DNA of 64,000 nucleotides, taken from positions 124,001-188,000 of the forward strand of contig NIVC01001330.1 in the NCBI GenBank assembly GCA_002269645.1. The letters run 5' to 3'. Shown one piece after another: positions 34,487-45,912 of this stretch. Source of the stretch: Macrostomum lignano (Eukaryota). The stretch's first letter is position 1, and each line of letters begins with the position of its first letter. The notes under the pieces were generated by a model that was not told the origin of the DNA, did not search any database, and was given only the letters and a program-made list of their open reading frames with translations. The translations under genes and the position numbers were made by a program.

Positions 34487-35288
34487 TGTATGAAGTGCAT
34501 TTACTTTTCTTTTCAGCCTAGTCAGCATAGGGCTAAGATTTAGACGCTAGGCAGTCTTAAAGACAATAAAATTAAAAAAAACTAGCGAAATGTCATCAGT
34601 TCAAGCGCAGCTGATACACAGTTATGAGCACATAATTCTTAGCTGCAATGCAAACAAGTGAGCCTTCAAATACTTTGCAATATTTTAGTGTTGCGTCCAA
34701 GTATCTTCTAGTGGTCCTTGTGCTGCCTACGCACTTTACCCGACTCACTATTGTAAGTTGGAAAAAATAGCTAACGCATTTGAAAGAATTTCGTCTCTTC
34801 GCTTCTTGGGCATCACAGCATCATGCCAAGGTGAAGCGCGCGACCATCTCTTTTTTCTTCTCTCTCCACTCCATCTCTCTCCACTCCAGCCCAAAAATAA
34901 ACTGTACACCTATTCCAAGCTCAAACAGAATGAGTGCACTCAGTTTGGCGCTCTCATTGTGTTATTAAATATGCTAAGAAGCCGGGATATTCCACACAGG
35001 ATGCCGCGAATTTACGAGTTCGGAAATCCAAGATATCCGGCCTGAACAAAACCGGGAGACTAACGCTTTCTGCATGTGAGAAAGGCAGATATTTTGCTGT
35101 CATCTCCCTTGCATATCCGTGAATTATTTCTGAATTATAGAATATATATACAGGTGAATTCACAGCAGTATTTGTGCAATAAGCAGTGGCTACCGCACTG
35201 CTCAAGAAGCATTCTATCTGGAAAATACAAATACTCAAAGCGTAAAAACCACCGCGTCTCAATTCAATCCGGAAAATTGCTGCCCAAC

Positions 35289-36518
35289 ATGAGCAATTAT
35301 AACAAGCTCGCCATCGGACTGGCTGTTCTCGCCCTGAGCCTGATTGCAGCCGCTGACTGGGCAGGTGAGAGCTAATAAGAAGGTCCCACATTTCCAAGAG
35401 TATAATCTTCTTTGAACCAGGTACCGCACAGATAGCTTTGTGCAAGCCTCTGATACCGCTCTGAACCGATTTCAGACCAGCCAGATTCAGACAAGCCAGC
35501 TTCAGACAAGCCAGCTTATCTGAAAAACTACCATCCCGTTTTCGGCCGGGACTGCATCGAGTCCAAATACGTCTTCAGGTTCGTTTTCATAAAATCGCGC
35601 AAGAGATGCGCAGCAGTCTGCAGTTTATTCAAGACCTGCCAAGCCTTCACAACGATGGGTGGACACTGCAGACTGTTTTTGTTTGACAAGTGCAGCAAGA
35701 ACGTGCGCAAGTGCAGCTGCAATCGCGTCGCCAAGCTGTACGTGAGGCGACAGCCGGGCTTGCGACCGGGCACCTTGTGTCCGGCCGACTTTCATCACGA
35801 CAGGTGCATTTTTGTTTCGCTTAGCGCCCTGGGTGTCTTTTGGGTTTCCTGTGTGCCAGCCAGCGATGTGTTCTAGCTTTGCTAAACAATTTAGTGAACC
35901 CTTGGGTACGCTGGAAATGACACAGTCACACAAGGTGCACGGCCGCCCTCAATTCCCTGTTACTCTGTGCTTTTGGGTTTGTCTTCATGAATTTTAGTTC
36001 CACGGATAGCCCCAGGCTAATATAAATGCATCGAGAATCGAACGCAGAGTCAAAGGCGATATCGCTTCTCTTCCCAATCCTTCGCCAGGTGTGGCGTGAA
36101 GTACAAATTCGTTCGGCCGAGCTCGGGTCGCTGGGACTCGGCCTTGGCCAGCTGCAATGCTGAGAGAGGACTCACCATCATGGCCGAGCCGATCGACAGG
36201 GCCAAGTATTTTTACTTATTGCACCTACATGACAGATGGTTCAGACGGCGCCGAAATCGAAATTTAGTCTTTTTTCTCGGAGGCCGTCAAGATCCCGGAA
36301 GCAAGGAACCGGCAGGCGGCTGGTTTTGGCACAACTGCCGGATCCCCATCGATCCCAATCTGTGGCAGAAAGGACAGCCTGATAACGGTGGTAAAATTGA
36401 GAATTATGCGTGCAGATGGAGCGGCTTTCCATTGCTGAACGACTGTCCGATGTCTGTGAAAACCTTCGAAAATGGCGCGTTTTGTGAATGCCTGTCACCA
36501 TTTGACATAGAAAAGTGA
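35289..36518 (+). CDS. Secreted PAN/apple-domain + C-type lectin protein, 264 aa; join(35289-35364, 35515-35803, 36089-36518)
   Basis: Signal peptide exon; PAN-like C..SRKRCAAVCS..C.AF....C.L; CTLD with WDSALASC, FLGG, WQKGQPDN, ENYAC, LNDC and FCE; intron phases 1 and 2 are consistent. Confidence 0.85.
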
Positions 36519-36599
36519 TTCTCACCTGGAAGGAGCTGCACCTACTCATGTTTATTAAACTGAACTTTTTAATACTAAATTGTGATTTAGTGAACTAGC

Positions 36600-37614
36600 T
36601 CGTGAAGTAGTTTTTTGTCCGAACCTTTTTGACTAAAATATTTATTCAAAACACTCTCAGAGTTTCACATTCCAGACGCCAGCGATTGGAGCTGCTCCAG
36701 TTTTGCACAGCTCAAATCTAATTAAAATGTAAAGTGTGCTGGGTGGAAATGTTTATTCCGATAATAAATCTGCTGTACTTTTTAATTTTCACTACATAAG
36801 AAATAAATATCTATTCTGAATGAAATCCTACGATGCCCACGCAGAGTTAACTTCTAGTGACTATTTTATTACTTTTGTGAAAGGGAGCGCCAACAGTGAC
36901 TCATTTGCCTAGTGAAAACTAAAAATCTGCATAAGTAGTAGGAAAGTGGTACCCTCCACCGCCATCGCACGGGATTGGCCGGGGCACCCGGCCAATGAGG
37001 GGAGAGGGCGCCCCGAAGACGCCCCCCCGACACCAAACCCACCCCGACCCCCAAACCCACCCCGACCCCAAACCGGGCCCCCTCCTGTCCTGCACCCCGT
37101 GCATCCCATACCAAGGCCCCCTCCTGTCCTGCACCCCATGCATCCCATACCAAGGCCCCCTCCTATCCTACGCCTTGCCCCATCCCATGTAGCAAGGTCC
37201 TTCTATCCTGTACCCTAACCAAAACCAATTCCCCCCTCCTAATTCCTAAACCCAAGTCTTATTACCTGTCTCACTTACCGCCTTTAAAGCTAGCCGAGGC
37301 AAAACCCTCATTCCATGCTTTTGGTTGTACTCTATCTTGCTGTGGCGGGTACAGCGTGAGGTCGTTAGACCTAGAACGCTACTTCTTGGCGGCCAGAGGG
37401 CCGCAAGAAGGTCCCGCCACCTCCTGTTACGTAAATGGCTGAGTGGTCCCCGGAAGGGCTCCTGATTTGCCGAAAGTTCCTGCGAAAGGGCTGCTGTGTG
37501 GGGTTGGATTCGGGGTTCGGATTGGTTATTGCTATGGAGCGGGAGCTGGTCTTACTTATTAACTCCCGTCGTATATAATCTCGCGCACAACCGGAAGGAA
37601 AGCTCACAGTTTTT
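36600..37614 (+). repeat. Left TIR of element 1 (1015 bp; two 39-bp units)
   Basis: Reverse complement of 47646-49291; about 3 differences noticed over the outer ~430 bp. Confidence 0.95.
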
Positions 37615-37618
37615 CAGT
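37572..37618 (+). promoter_or_regulatory. TATA/Inr core promoter in the left TIR upstream of polB
   Basis: TATATAA at 37572-37578, CCGGAAG, and CAGTT/TCAGT ~30-40 nt downstream; polB ATG at 37666. Confidence 0.6.
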
Positions 37619-37665
37619 CCTAGAGTTTTTTAAAGAGTTAAAATTTTGCGTTCTAAATTTTAAAC

Positions 37666-40600
37666 ATGACATTTTGCGAATACTGTAGTCAGACAGTGGC
37701 CGGTGACATATTAGCTCACTACTCAGTGTGCCCAATTATTCCAACTTTATTTTCTGATGAACCGTGTCAATTCCAATTAATTAAAGAAGCATTTTTCGGC
37801 CAGACGCGACTCTATCGGCGGATCGTTGCCGGCCATCCCATCGACGCCCTGGAGTCATCCATTGCTTCAGGCACAGAACTCCTGGCAGATCTGCGTTCGA
37901 AACCAGGCTTTGCCATCAAGGTCCAAATCCGACTCGGCGTGTCTATGCAGCGTTGGGCTGGTGGCAGCTTTGTGGCGCAGAGCACAGCCTGGTTCGCCAG
38001 TCCTTTCAGATGAGGAAGAAGATTTCTTTGTTCGGGAAATCCCATTTATTTTGGAACGACTGAGCAAATACCTTCGCAATGGCAGTTGGTGGACAATTGA
38101 CTCCGTAGATCTTTCCATTGTAAGATATCAGTTGCCTCATGGCTCAGGTATAAGTTCCAACCCATTTGAACTTCCACCAAAGCTAAAGGCTAAAAGGGCA
38201 GTCATCAATGCCTACTCCAATGGGAACGACTGTCTGAAATATGCCGTTCTGTCTGCATTGCACGCTGACCGTGTTAGCAGTGAGAAGCCTTTGCGACGCT
38301 CCACTTTCCGTGAGTGGGAAGACGAACTTTGTTGGGAAAATGTACCTTTCCCTGCCAACGTGAATGACCTAGGCCGAGTGGAGAAGAACAATCCAGGATT
38401 GGCCATCTCGGCCTTCAAATGGACTAACGGCCATGCCCAGAGCTTGCGCCCAGCCCCAGCAGATCTCATTCAGGAATGGCGACCTCACCGATTGATCCTG
38501 CTTCTATTGGTTACCACTGATGCCGGCAACCATTGGTGTGCTATTGCTAACCTAGATCGTCTAATGAACAGTCATGACGCGCATAGATATCGTTGGTGCG
38601 ATCGCTGTCTAGGCAAGTTCCGGACGGTTGAGTCTCTATCCGTTCATAGACGGCGGTGCATTGGCCGTAAGGATAGCATGGAGGAGGTGATGCCAAAGGA
38701 TAAAACACTACGATTCAAGGCATGGCACAAAACACTCTCCCCACCTCATGTCATCTATGCAGATTTTGAAGCAATGATGTCCCCCATAGACGATGAGCTA
38801 GATGGCTGTGCTACCTTTAAGACTGCACACCACCTTCCAGCCGCTGCCGGATTCCTTATTGTCCAAAGAAGTGACGTAGCTGGGCCTCCACTCTCCGAAC
38901 GTCCTATGCAGCTGTTTTCAAAGTCGGATGAGTGCATGATGCACTTCCTACAGGCACTGGAGGCTGTCGCCATTGCAGCATACAAGTGGAATGCGCGACA
39001 TAGTCACTGCCCTGCCATTCGCTCTGTCCAGGAGGAAGAGCAGTTCCAGACTGCCACTCATTGCTGCTTGTGCGAGAAAGTTCTTGATGACGATCGCCAC
39101 TTTCATCATGATCATCTCAATGGCAAGTTTTTGGGTGCTGCATGCCCGTCGTGTAATGAGTCAGCTGTTCTCAAGCGCGACTTCCTTCCAATCTTTTTTC
39201 ACAATTTCCGAGGTTATGATTCACACTTGCTGTGCAGCACGGTGATCGGTCGTATGAAACATTGGGAACTAAGTGTCATTGCACAAACAAAGGAGCGTTA
39301 CATGACTCTAGAGGCCCATATACCTATTGAGTCGGTCTATGACTCATCTAAAGATCGCTTGGTGCCAAAATTCATGCGTCTGCGTTTTCTCGACTCTTTC
39401 CAATTCATGGCGTCGAGTCTTGCTCAATTAGTGCGCAATCTAACCCCGGTAGACTGTCACTACACGTTGGAGATGCAGCAGCGATATCCACTCGCCTCCA
39501 CCGAAGTCCTACTGCGAAAGGGGGTGTTCCCCTATTCCTATGCAACTAGTGATTCGAATTTAGATGACCAACAGCTCCCATCCCAAGAAGCTTTTGCTAA
39601 CGACTTGAACAATGAGCCTTGCAATGATCAGGACTATGCAACTGCCCAGCGTGCCTGGAGAGAGTTTGGATGTAAGACACTGCGCGACTACATGCTTGCA
39701 TACCTTGAAATGGACATTCGTCAGCTCGCCGATGTGTTCGAGGCGTTTCGTCGAATGAGCCTCACTTCGGATGGGCTAGACCCAGTGCATTTTGTAACGA
39801 CGCCGGGAATGTCTTTCGAAGCAGCGCTTAAGTACTGTAAATTGGAGCTTGAATTGCTGCAATGTCCAGAGTTGTACAGCTTATTTGAAGAGGGTACTCG
39901 TGGTGGTATGATATTTGTCAACACACACAGAGCCAAAGCCAACCATCCCGGACTCGGTGAACTGTATGATTCACATCAACCTCAAAGCTATCTTATCCCC
40001 ATCGACGCCAACAACCTCTACGGACACGCATTGTCCACCAAACTGCCATGGTGTGGGTTCCAGGTACTTGACACTGTACCACCAATCAATGAGGTTGAGA
40101 GATGGATCAGGGATGAGTTTGACCCAGAGGGCGATGTTGGATACTTGCTTAAGGTTGATCTCCATTACCCTCCAGAGTTGCACGACAAGACATCAGACTT
40201 TCCCCTTGCTCCGGAGAAGGCGCAGCCTCAATGGGAATGGATGCCGCCGCATCAGCAGCAGCTCTGGGAACTACTTTCTAGTCGGAGGCTCGCTTGTGGA
40301 GGATATAATTCTGGAGGCGACAAGTTGATGTTGACATGCTTTGATAAAACCAGCTATGTTGTACACGCCAGAATCCTACAGTTTTATCTCCGTCTAGGTC
40401 TTAGGCTGCGTACGGTCTACTGCTTAGTTCGCTTTCAGCAATCAGCAGTACTCGAGCCTTACATTCGGCGTAATAGTGAGCGGCGTGCACAAGCCAAAAG
40501 TGAGTTTGAAAAGGATTATAATAAGCTGCTGAACAACTCTCTGTTTGGGAAGACCATGGAGAATGTGCGCAAACGCTTTGACTACCGCCTGGTCAACTCA

Positions 40601-41032
40601 GCAGAGAAGTTGGAGAAGCTCGCAGCTAAACCTAACTTTGAAGATCAAGAGATATTTAATGAGAATCTTGTTCTCGTCCACATGCGCAAGACAACAGTCG
40701 AGCTCAACAAACCGGTGTACATCGGACAGTGTGTCCTTGATAACAGCAAACTCATTATGTACAGCTTGTGGTATGATAAGCTGCTTCCTCTGGTCAATCA
40801 GTTACCATGTGCGAGCCTCAATCTGCTCGGCGGTGACACTGACTCTTTCTTCCTCCACTTAAAGAATGCTGATGGCGAGCGATGGTTTCTGCCTAAACTG
40901 TGCGAAATGGAGCTGCTGGACACCTTTAATTATCCTAAGGACCACTGCTTGTATACTTGCGAACGCAAAGCAAGGTTGCCCGAGGAGAAGAGTTGGAAGG
41001 CAAGTTTTACGAGCCGGAAATGCAGCAAGTGA
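37666..41032 (+). pseudogene. polB: Protein-primed DNA polymerase B (element 1), frameshift at ~38000, C-terminus deleted after ~40978
   Basis: YADFEA, HHDHLNGKFLGAAC..CN, FHNFRGYD, FLDS, DANNLYG, KLLNNSLFGK and GDTDS; the expected G.(F/M)KDE and downstream motifs are missing. Confidence 0.95.
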
Positions 41033-41172
41033 CTGGAAACAAGAAGCTGTGGATCATCGACAAGGTTCTCAACATTAAGAAGCTGAAGAGTGGAAAGATT
41101 CGGTATTTGGTTCAGTGGCGCGATTCAGAAAAACCCAGTTGGATTGACGAAAAAGACTTAAGAAAAATATGA
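40981..41172 (+). pseudogene. C-terminal remnant (chromodomain) of the Polinton integrase
   Basis: GEELEGKFYEPEMQQV followed by IIDKVL...RYLVQW...SWI, the typical tail of Polinton integrases; the DDE core is absent. Confidence 0.85.
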
Positions 41173-41950
41173 AAAGGCAAAGATTTCAGGTAATGTCCGG
41201 CCCCGATGATGACCCGGCCAACTTTACTTCTGAGCTGCTGCATCCTGTGCTGCTGGATTCTGCTTTGGATTATGAGTTGGCTCTGCTTGGAATCAGTTTT
41301 ATCAACTGCATCTACACCATCTCTCATCCATTGTCGCTATATTATCAGCTTGAGGGTTCAATGCAATGTGCTGAAATTCCAGCTGGGCGCTACAATGACT
41401 TGAATGAGCTGATTGAAGCAGTAAATACCCTACTGATTGTAAAAGATTTTGATGAGTCTGGAATTGGCGAAACACCTATAAATGTGCATCTAATTAAATC
41501 TACCCTTGATTCAGTTAGCCATCATGTATACTATCAAATGGCTGGGATCTGTGGGAGATTTATCTTTCCAGAAAACAGCCAGCTGGGGAAAATCTTTGGT
41601 GCTGCGCAGACAACCTATAGCGAGCAGGCAAGATGCTTTGAACGACCTGGCATGAACCCGGCCTGGAATACGGATTTGCTGCTTGTTGAGTGCGATCAGA
41701 TTAGCCCGCGCTGTATTGGAAACTGTTTACTCCAGCACTGCAGACTTTGAATATTGGTGGTCTTTTGCAGGGTCACCGGTCGGAATTCATCTATAAGAAT
41801 AAGCTGTTCTTCCCAATAGCAGCAAACCACCGCTTAACACACATGCAAATACGGCTACGACCGATCAACTGCATCGAATCTATCCGATTACTCTTCGGAC
41901 CCACAGTCTTGACTTTTGAGCTGCGTGAGTCATGGACATTCGACAAGTGA
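41169..41950 (+). pseudogene. Minor capsid protein (penton, single jelly roll), one -1 frameshift at ~41727
   Basis: ANFTSEL..V.L....YELAL, GRYNDL, LLVECDQI...IG, F.PI..N.L..MQIRL...GPTVLTFELR. Confidence 0.8.
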
Positions 41951-42120
41951 CCGAGTTTTATCGAGGCAGTTGCTTCAAACTTCCTCATGGGCACGGATAT
42001 CCCACATTGCTGCTATCTCAACTGCCCCCTGAGACTCATGAAAATGCAGTTCTCCTTTCCCGCATACCAACTCCATCGCAGAAAAAACATAAGAAAACGC
42101 CAAAAATCAAACCAAAGTAG
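41932..42120 (+). CDS. Small basic core-protein-like ORF (possibly degenerate)
   Basis: FYRGS...HGHG motif and Lys-rich tail between penton and major capsid, as in many Polintons. Confidence 0.45.
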   Translation: MDIRQVTEFYRGSCFKLPHGHGYPTLLLSQLPPETHENAVLLSRIPTPSQKKHKKTPKIKPK

Positions 42121-42194
42121 AGCAAGCCAGTGCCCACAAAAAAGCGCAAGATATCATACAAAACAGTCAACCGAGTGCTCGATTCATTCTCATA

Positions 42195-43448
42195 ATGTAT
42201 CGGACAAATCCACGGCTCAACCTGTTTGAGCCAAAGACGCATGAAATCGGAGTGGATAGGTCTCACTTCATGGACTTTCATCCCATAGGCAGTCTCACGA
42301 CTCCTGATGCACCGATTGAATTCGACTGCCACGCCTCCTCTGAGGACTACACCGATCTGCACGCCACAGTGCTGCAAGTCACTTGTCGGATAACTCGTGT
42401 GATAAACAATGCAGAGCTGACTAATGAAGATGATGCCCATGTCGGACTATCGAATCTCCCGCTTGCCAGCCTGTTTCGTGATGTGACTGTAAAACTCAAC
42501 CAGCGGGTTGTGAGTGGTGGGGACCAGCTCTACCCATATCGAGCAATGCTTCAAGTGCTGACCAGCAGCAATGCCAACCAGCTTCAAGAACTGGCGGCCG
42601 CAGGTTATTATCCAGACACCGCTGGAGAGAGTGACACCATTGGGGAGCAAAATCATGGATTCACAAATCGTGCGAGATTGCATGAGGCTTCTGCTGTTGT
42701 GCAATATGCCGGCCCGTTGTTTTCAGACATTTTCTCAATCCGGCAGTATCTGCTAAACCAAATCAGCCTGCAGGTCAAATTGACCCGGCATTGCAGCGCT
42801 TTTTCATTGATGGTACCCAATAATGGTGTTCAATACCGTGTTGAAGTCGACAATGCTGTTCTGCTTTTGAGGCGTCTCCGAGTAAACCCAACAGTAGCTC
42901 TCGCACATAAACAGGGGCTCTCACAACGTAATACTCTCTACCACTGATAGAAGAGAGCTTCAGACATTCACATTTTCTGTTGGGACAAGAAACAAGAGTC
43001 TCGATTCAATCACGCATTTGTGCTCCTTGGAATGGTCAGCCAGACAGCTTTCAATGGATCTCTGCACCACAACCCGTTTTGGTTCCAAGCATTTGGATTG
43101 AATAGTTTAAGCCTGTTTGTCAATGGAGAGCCAATTACTGGGCAGCCCATAGAACCACAGCAGCAGCACTCATCCGAATTTTTGCAGTTTGCCCGCAGTC
43201 TCGGTGGAAACTATTGCATGAGCTTTGATGAATATCGAGATAGTGCCTATCTGCTTGCGTTTGACCTTAGTCCAAGTGGCGATGAAGTAGGCAGCTGGTT
43301 TGGTCATAGGCAGGGTCAACTACGACTGGATATTCGCTTTTCCAACGCTCTCGCACAGCCAGTCACACTCATCTGCTTGTGCGTGTATGACTCATGCATG
43401 GAAATCACTAAAGAGAGGGATGTGCTGCTGGATTATCGCAGAGCATGA
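42195..43448 (+). pseudogene. Major capsid protein (double jelly roll), disrupted at ~42945-43020
   Basis: RLNLFEP, PIEF, DYTDL, SLFRDV.VKLN, YPYRA, GYYPD, GPLFSDIF, AFNG....NPF.FQ.F, AFDLSP, G.LRLDIRF. Confidence 0.9.
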
Positions 43449-43918
43449 ATTCCGAAGAGTTGGAAACGTTCATTTCTCGCTGCCCCACACCTGTGCGGGA
43501 TGCCTATTGCGGAATTTTTACAGTTGGAACAGTGACACCATTTTTCGATTCAACCTGCCGACCCTGCTGCTTCATTTTATATGAGCCATGAAATGATGAG
43601 TGCGGTCACTGGATTGCTGGAGTAGTAACCAGTAAAGTGCATTGTGAAATTTTCAACTCTTTGGGAGGCTTGAGTAAAAATATGAAGAGCTGGTTAAAGA
43701 AAACTAAACCGACGCGGATGGTGCTACAATGAAATTCGGTCCCTGTTCAGCCCAGTTCGTCAACTCTATGCGGCTGGTATTGCATTTTTTACTTGATCCA
43801 TCGACTGCATAAGAGAATGTCGTATAATGCCTTGTTCATCAAGGTTTTGCACCCGGCAGCTGTGGCTCAAAACGATGCAATCATACCCAGACTCAAAAAT
43901 CAGTTGCAAGGTGTTTGA
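43445..43918 (+). pseudogene. Adenain-like cysteine protease with two in-frame TGA stops
   Basis: Translated by hand: GHWIA...EIFNSLG...VQPSSSTLCGWYCIFYL; its ATG overlaps the capsid stop (ATGA). Confidence 0.88.
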
Positions 43919-44534
43919 TTCCAGACTGCGGATGGGCGGCTGCATGATGGTTTCGGGCCCTTCTCGAGCGGGAAAATCAACAATCTGTTTGCGGATGCTG
44001 TCCCAACGACTGCTTCTGTTCGACCAACCTCCCAAGCGGATGATTTGGTATCACGGATGCCCGCAGCCGGAACTCCACGCGACTCTGCAGCGGCTAGGAG
44101 TGCAACTATGTGAAGGATTATCGAATTTGGATTTGCAGCCCCATGACCTGATTGTGATTGACGATTTACTGGATGAAGCAGCTGCAAGTCGAGAGCTACG
44201 ACATCTGTTCACCCGTAAGGCCCACCACAAGCCCTGCTTTGTCATTCTCATCACGCAAAATCTATTTTTCAAAGGCAGAGAGTGGCGCACAATTAGCATA
44301 AATTGCACCTACATTGTGTTGTTCAACAACCCGAGAGACACCTCTGCGGTCCAAGCTTTAAGTCAGCAATGCTTTCCCAAACGGCGCACTCTGCTAGTAG
44401 AACTGATGGATCGATTGGTGCGAGATGGAGATCAGCGCTATCTGCTGCTTGATTTTCACCCCGCTTCACCCCATGAACTGCGCCTGAGAGCCAATTTTCT
44501 CCCCGATGAGGCCCCGCAGCGAGTTTATCTATAA
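43900..44534 (+). CDS. FtsK/A32-like DNA packaging ATPase
   Basis: Walker A GPSRAGKS, Walker B IVIDD, FTRKAHH, ILITQN, YIVLFNNPRD, YLLLDF; exact start uncertain. Confidence 0.93.
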
Positions 44535-44564
44535 GAATGGCTCAGTCTCTGCACTGAGTTAAAC

Positions 44565-44897
44565 ATGAATAAACACATTGCACTAATAACTGTCTTTTGT
44601 GAGGGCACGATATCCTTGCGTCGCTGCATACTTACCTATACAAATAAAAGCACCATTTGCTTTTTGGTCGAGTGTATTATCAACTTACTAGCAGGAAAAG
44701 TTGGCTGTGAAGATAGCTTGAAGCGGAGACTCAGGCGATATCGAAATACTCTCCGGCTTGTTGCACAAAGCAAAAGTGTGAAAGAGGCTCGGCGCAATCT
44801 CTCACACCCGCATATCCTTCGTTGTCTTCCTCTGATTCTCACCTGTATAAAAAGACATGTACAAGGAAATGATACTGGTACCCCGGTTGCAGTATGA
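44565..44897 (+). CDS. Small basic conserved Polinton protein following the ATPase
   Basis: LRRCIL...TICFLVECIINLLAGKV...LKRRL pattern recalled from Polinton ORFs. Confidence 0.6.
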   Translation: MNKHIALITVFCEGTISLRRCILTYTNKSTICFLVECIINLLAGKVGCEDSLKRRLRRYRNTLRLVAQSKSVKEARRNLSHPHILRCLPLILTCIKRHVQGNDTGTPVAV

Positions 44898-45450
44898 GGC
44901 ACTTGTGAATCAGAGGGGCATGGAGACAGTCTGTGAACCCGAGCTAGAGGCGGAAAAACAGTTGCGCAAGATTACGGACGAGCGTTGCGTGCAGCAGCTG
45001 CAGGCAAGTGCGACCCAAGAACAGTCTCCAATTCACAAAGAACCGCAGTGGAAGGAGGTGTTATATCTGACGGTGAATCAGAAATGGCATCATCGTCTGC
45101 AGGCATTGATTAGCTTCATAACCGTAAAGTGCAAGTCGATTAGCATAGATGATACGTATGAAGTTTCTGTCAATGGTAAACCGTTGTACAACTCAAATAT
45201 CGTGGACCTGCTGCATTTCATAGTTAAAGATACGTACTCTAAGTACCTTCAGCCACCGAATGGGATTAATGAGTTTGTTACGTGTCTTCAAGAAAACCAC
45301 GTGCCTCTGTCTGCAGTTGGTCTGAACACTACAAAATTGCTGGAAAAGCCTCGGGAAGAAAAGTCCAGTCCTAAAAAACCTCGACTGCAAGGCTATAAGA
45401 AGACTCAGTCTCAGAAAGGATACGGCAAGTGGATCAAGTGGCCAAGATGA
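44857..45450 (+). CDS. Conserved Polinton protein (PZ-like)
   Basis: EMILVP start; EVSVNGKPLYNSNIVDLL and PNGINEFV..L.EN.VP motifs. Confidence 0.65.
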   Translation: MYKEMILVPRLQYEALVNQRGMETVCEPELEAEKQLRKITDERCVQQLQASATQEQSPIHKEPQWKEVLYLTVNQKWHHRLQALISFITVKCKSISIDDTYEVSVNGKPLYNSNIVDLLHFIVKDTYSKYLQPPNGINEFVTCLQENHVPLSAVGLNTTKLLEKPREEKSSPKKPRLQGYKKTQSQKGYGKWIKWPR

Positions 45451-45910
45451 TTTTCATTGATTTTGAAGGATTTCCGCACCTCTACAAAACAGAGGACTTT
45501 GTGATTAAGGAAATTGCATGGGTTGAGTTTGCATGCGGTCAAACGACGGCTCATTACTATTGCTTTGATCGAGGACAGCGACGAACCTGCTACTGGCTCA
45601 CCAATAAGCGGCACGGTCTAGACTGGGACAGGAGTGGGTTCCGACCCTACTCTTGTCTCTGGAGCGATATCTCTCACTTGCAAGGCCCGATATTTAGCAA
45701 GGGGGATGTCAAGTGCCAGTTCCTGTCGCGTCTGCTGCTGCAGCCTGTCTACGACCTCGCACACCTGGCCTTTCCGAGTGCCTCAAAGTACGTGCTGCCC
45801 TGCGCCCTGGCCAAAGTGGCGCTGTACGCTGATTGGCTGCGGCCTCGCGGCTACGGGTCTATAAAAGTAGCGATCTGCAGCAGGCACTGGCGTTTCTCTC
45901 GATTGTCTAA
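45447..45910 (+). CDS. DEDD-like exonuclease-fold accessory protein; reads through into the TBP-like frame in this sequence
   Basis: FIDFEGF...FVIKEIA, HGLDW..G, IFSKG..K, C.L pattern; the natural stop probably lies at 45864 or 45910 in another frame. Confidence 0.6.
45860..45867 (+). promoter_or_regulatory. TATA box upstream of the TBP-like ATG
   Basis: TATAAAAG starting 53 nt before ATG 45913. Confidence 0.5.
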
Positions 45911-45912
45911 AG

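Noticed and set aside
37826-38000. N-terminus of the 1068-aa ORF (MPAIPSTPW...)
   Set aside because: Off-frame sequence; the coherent polB start is ATG 37666, with a frameshift near 38000.
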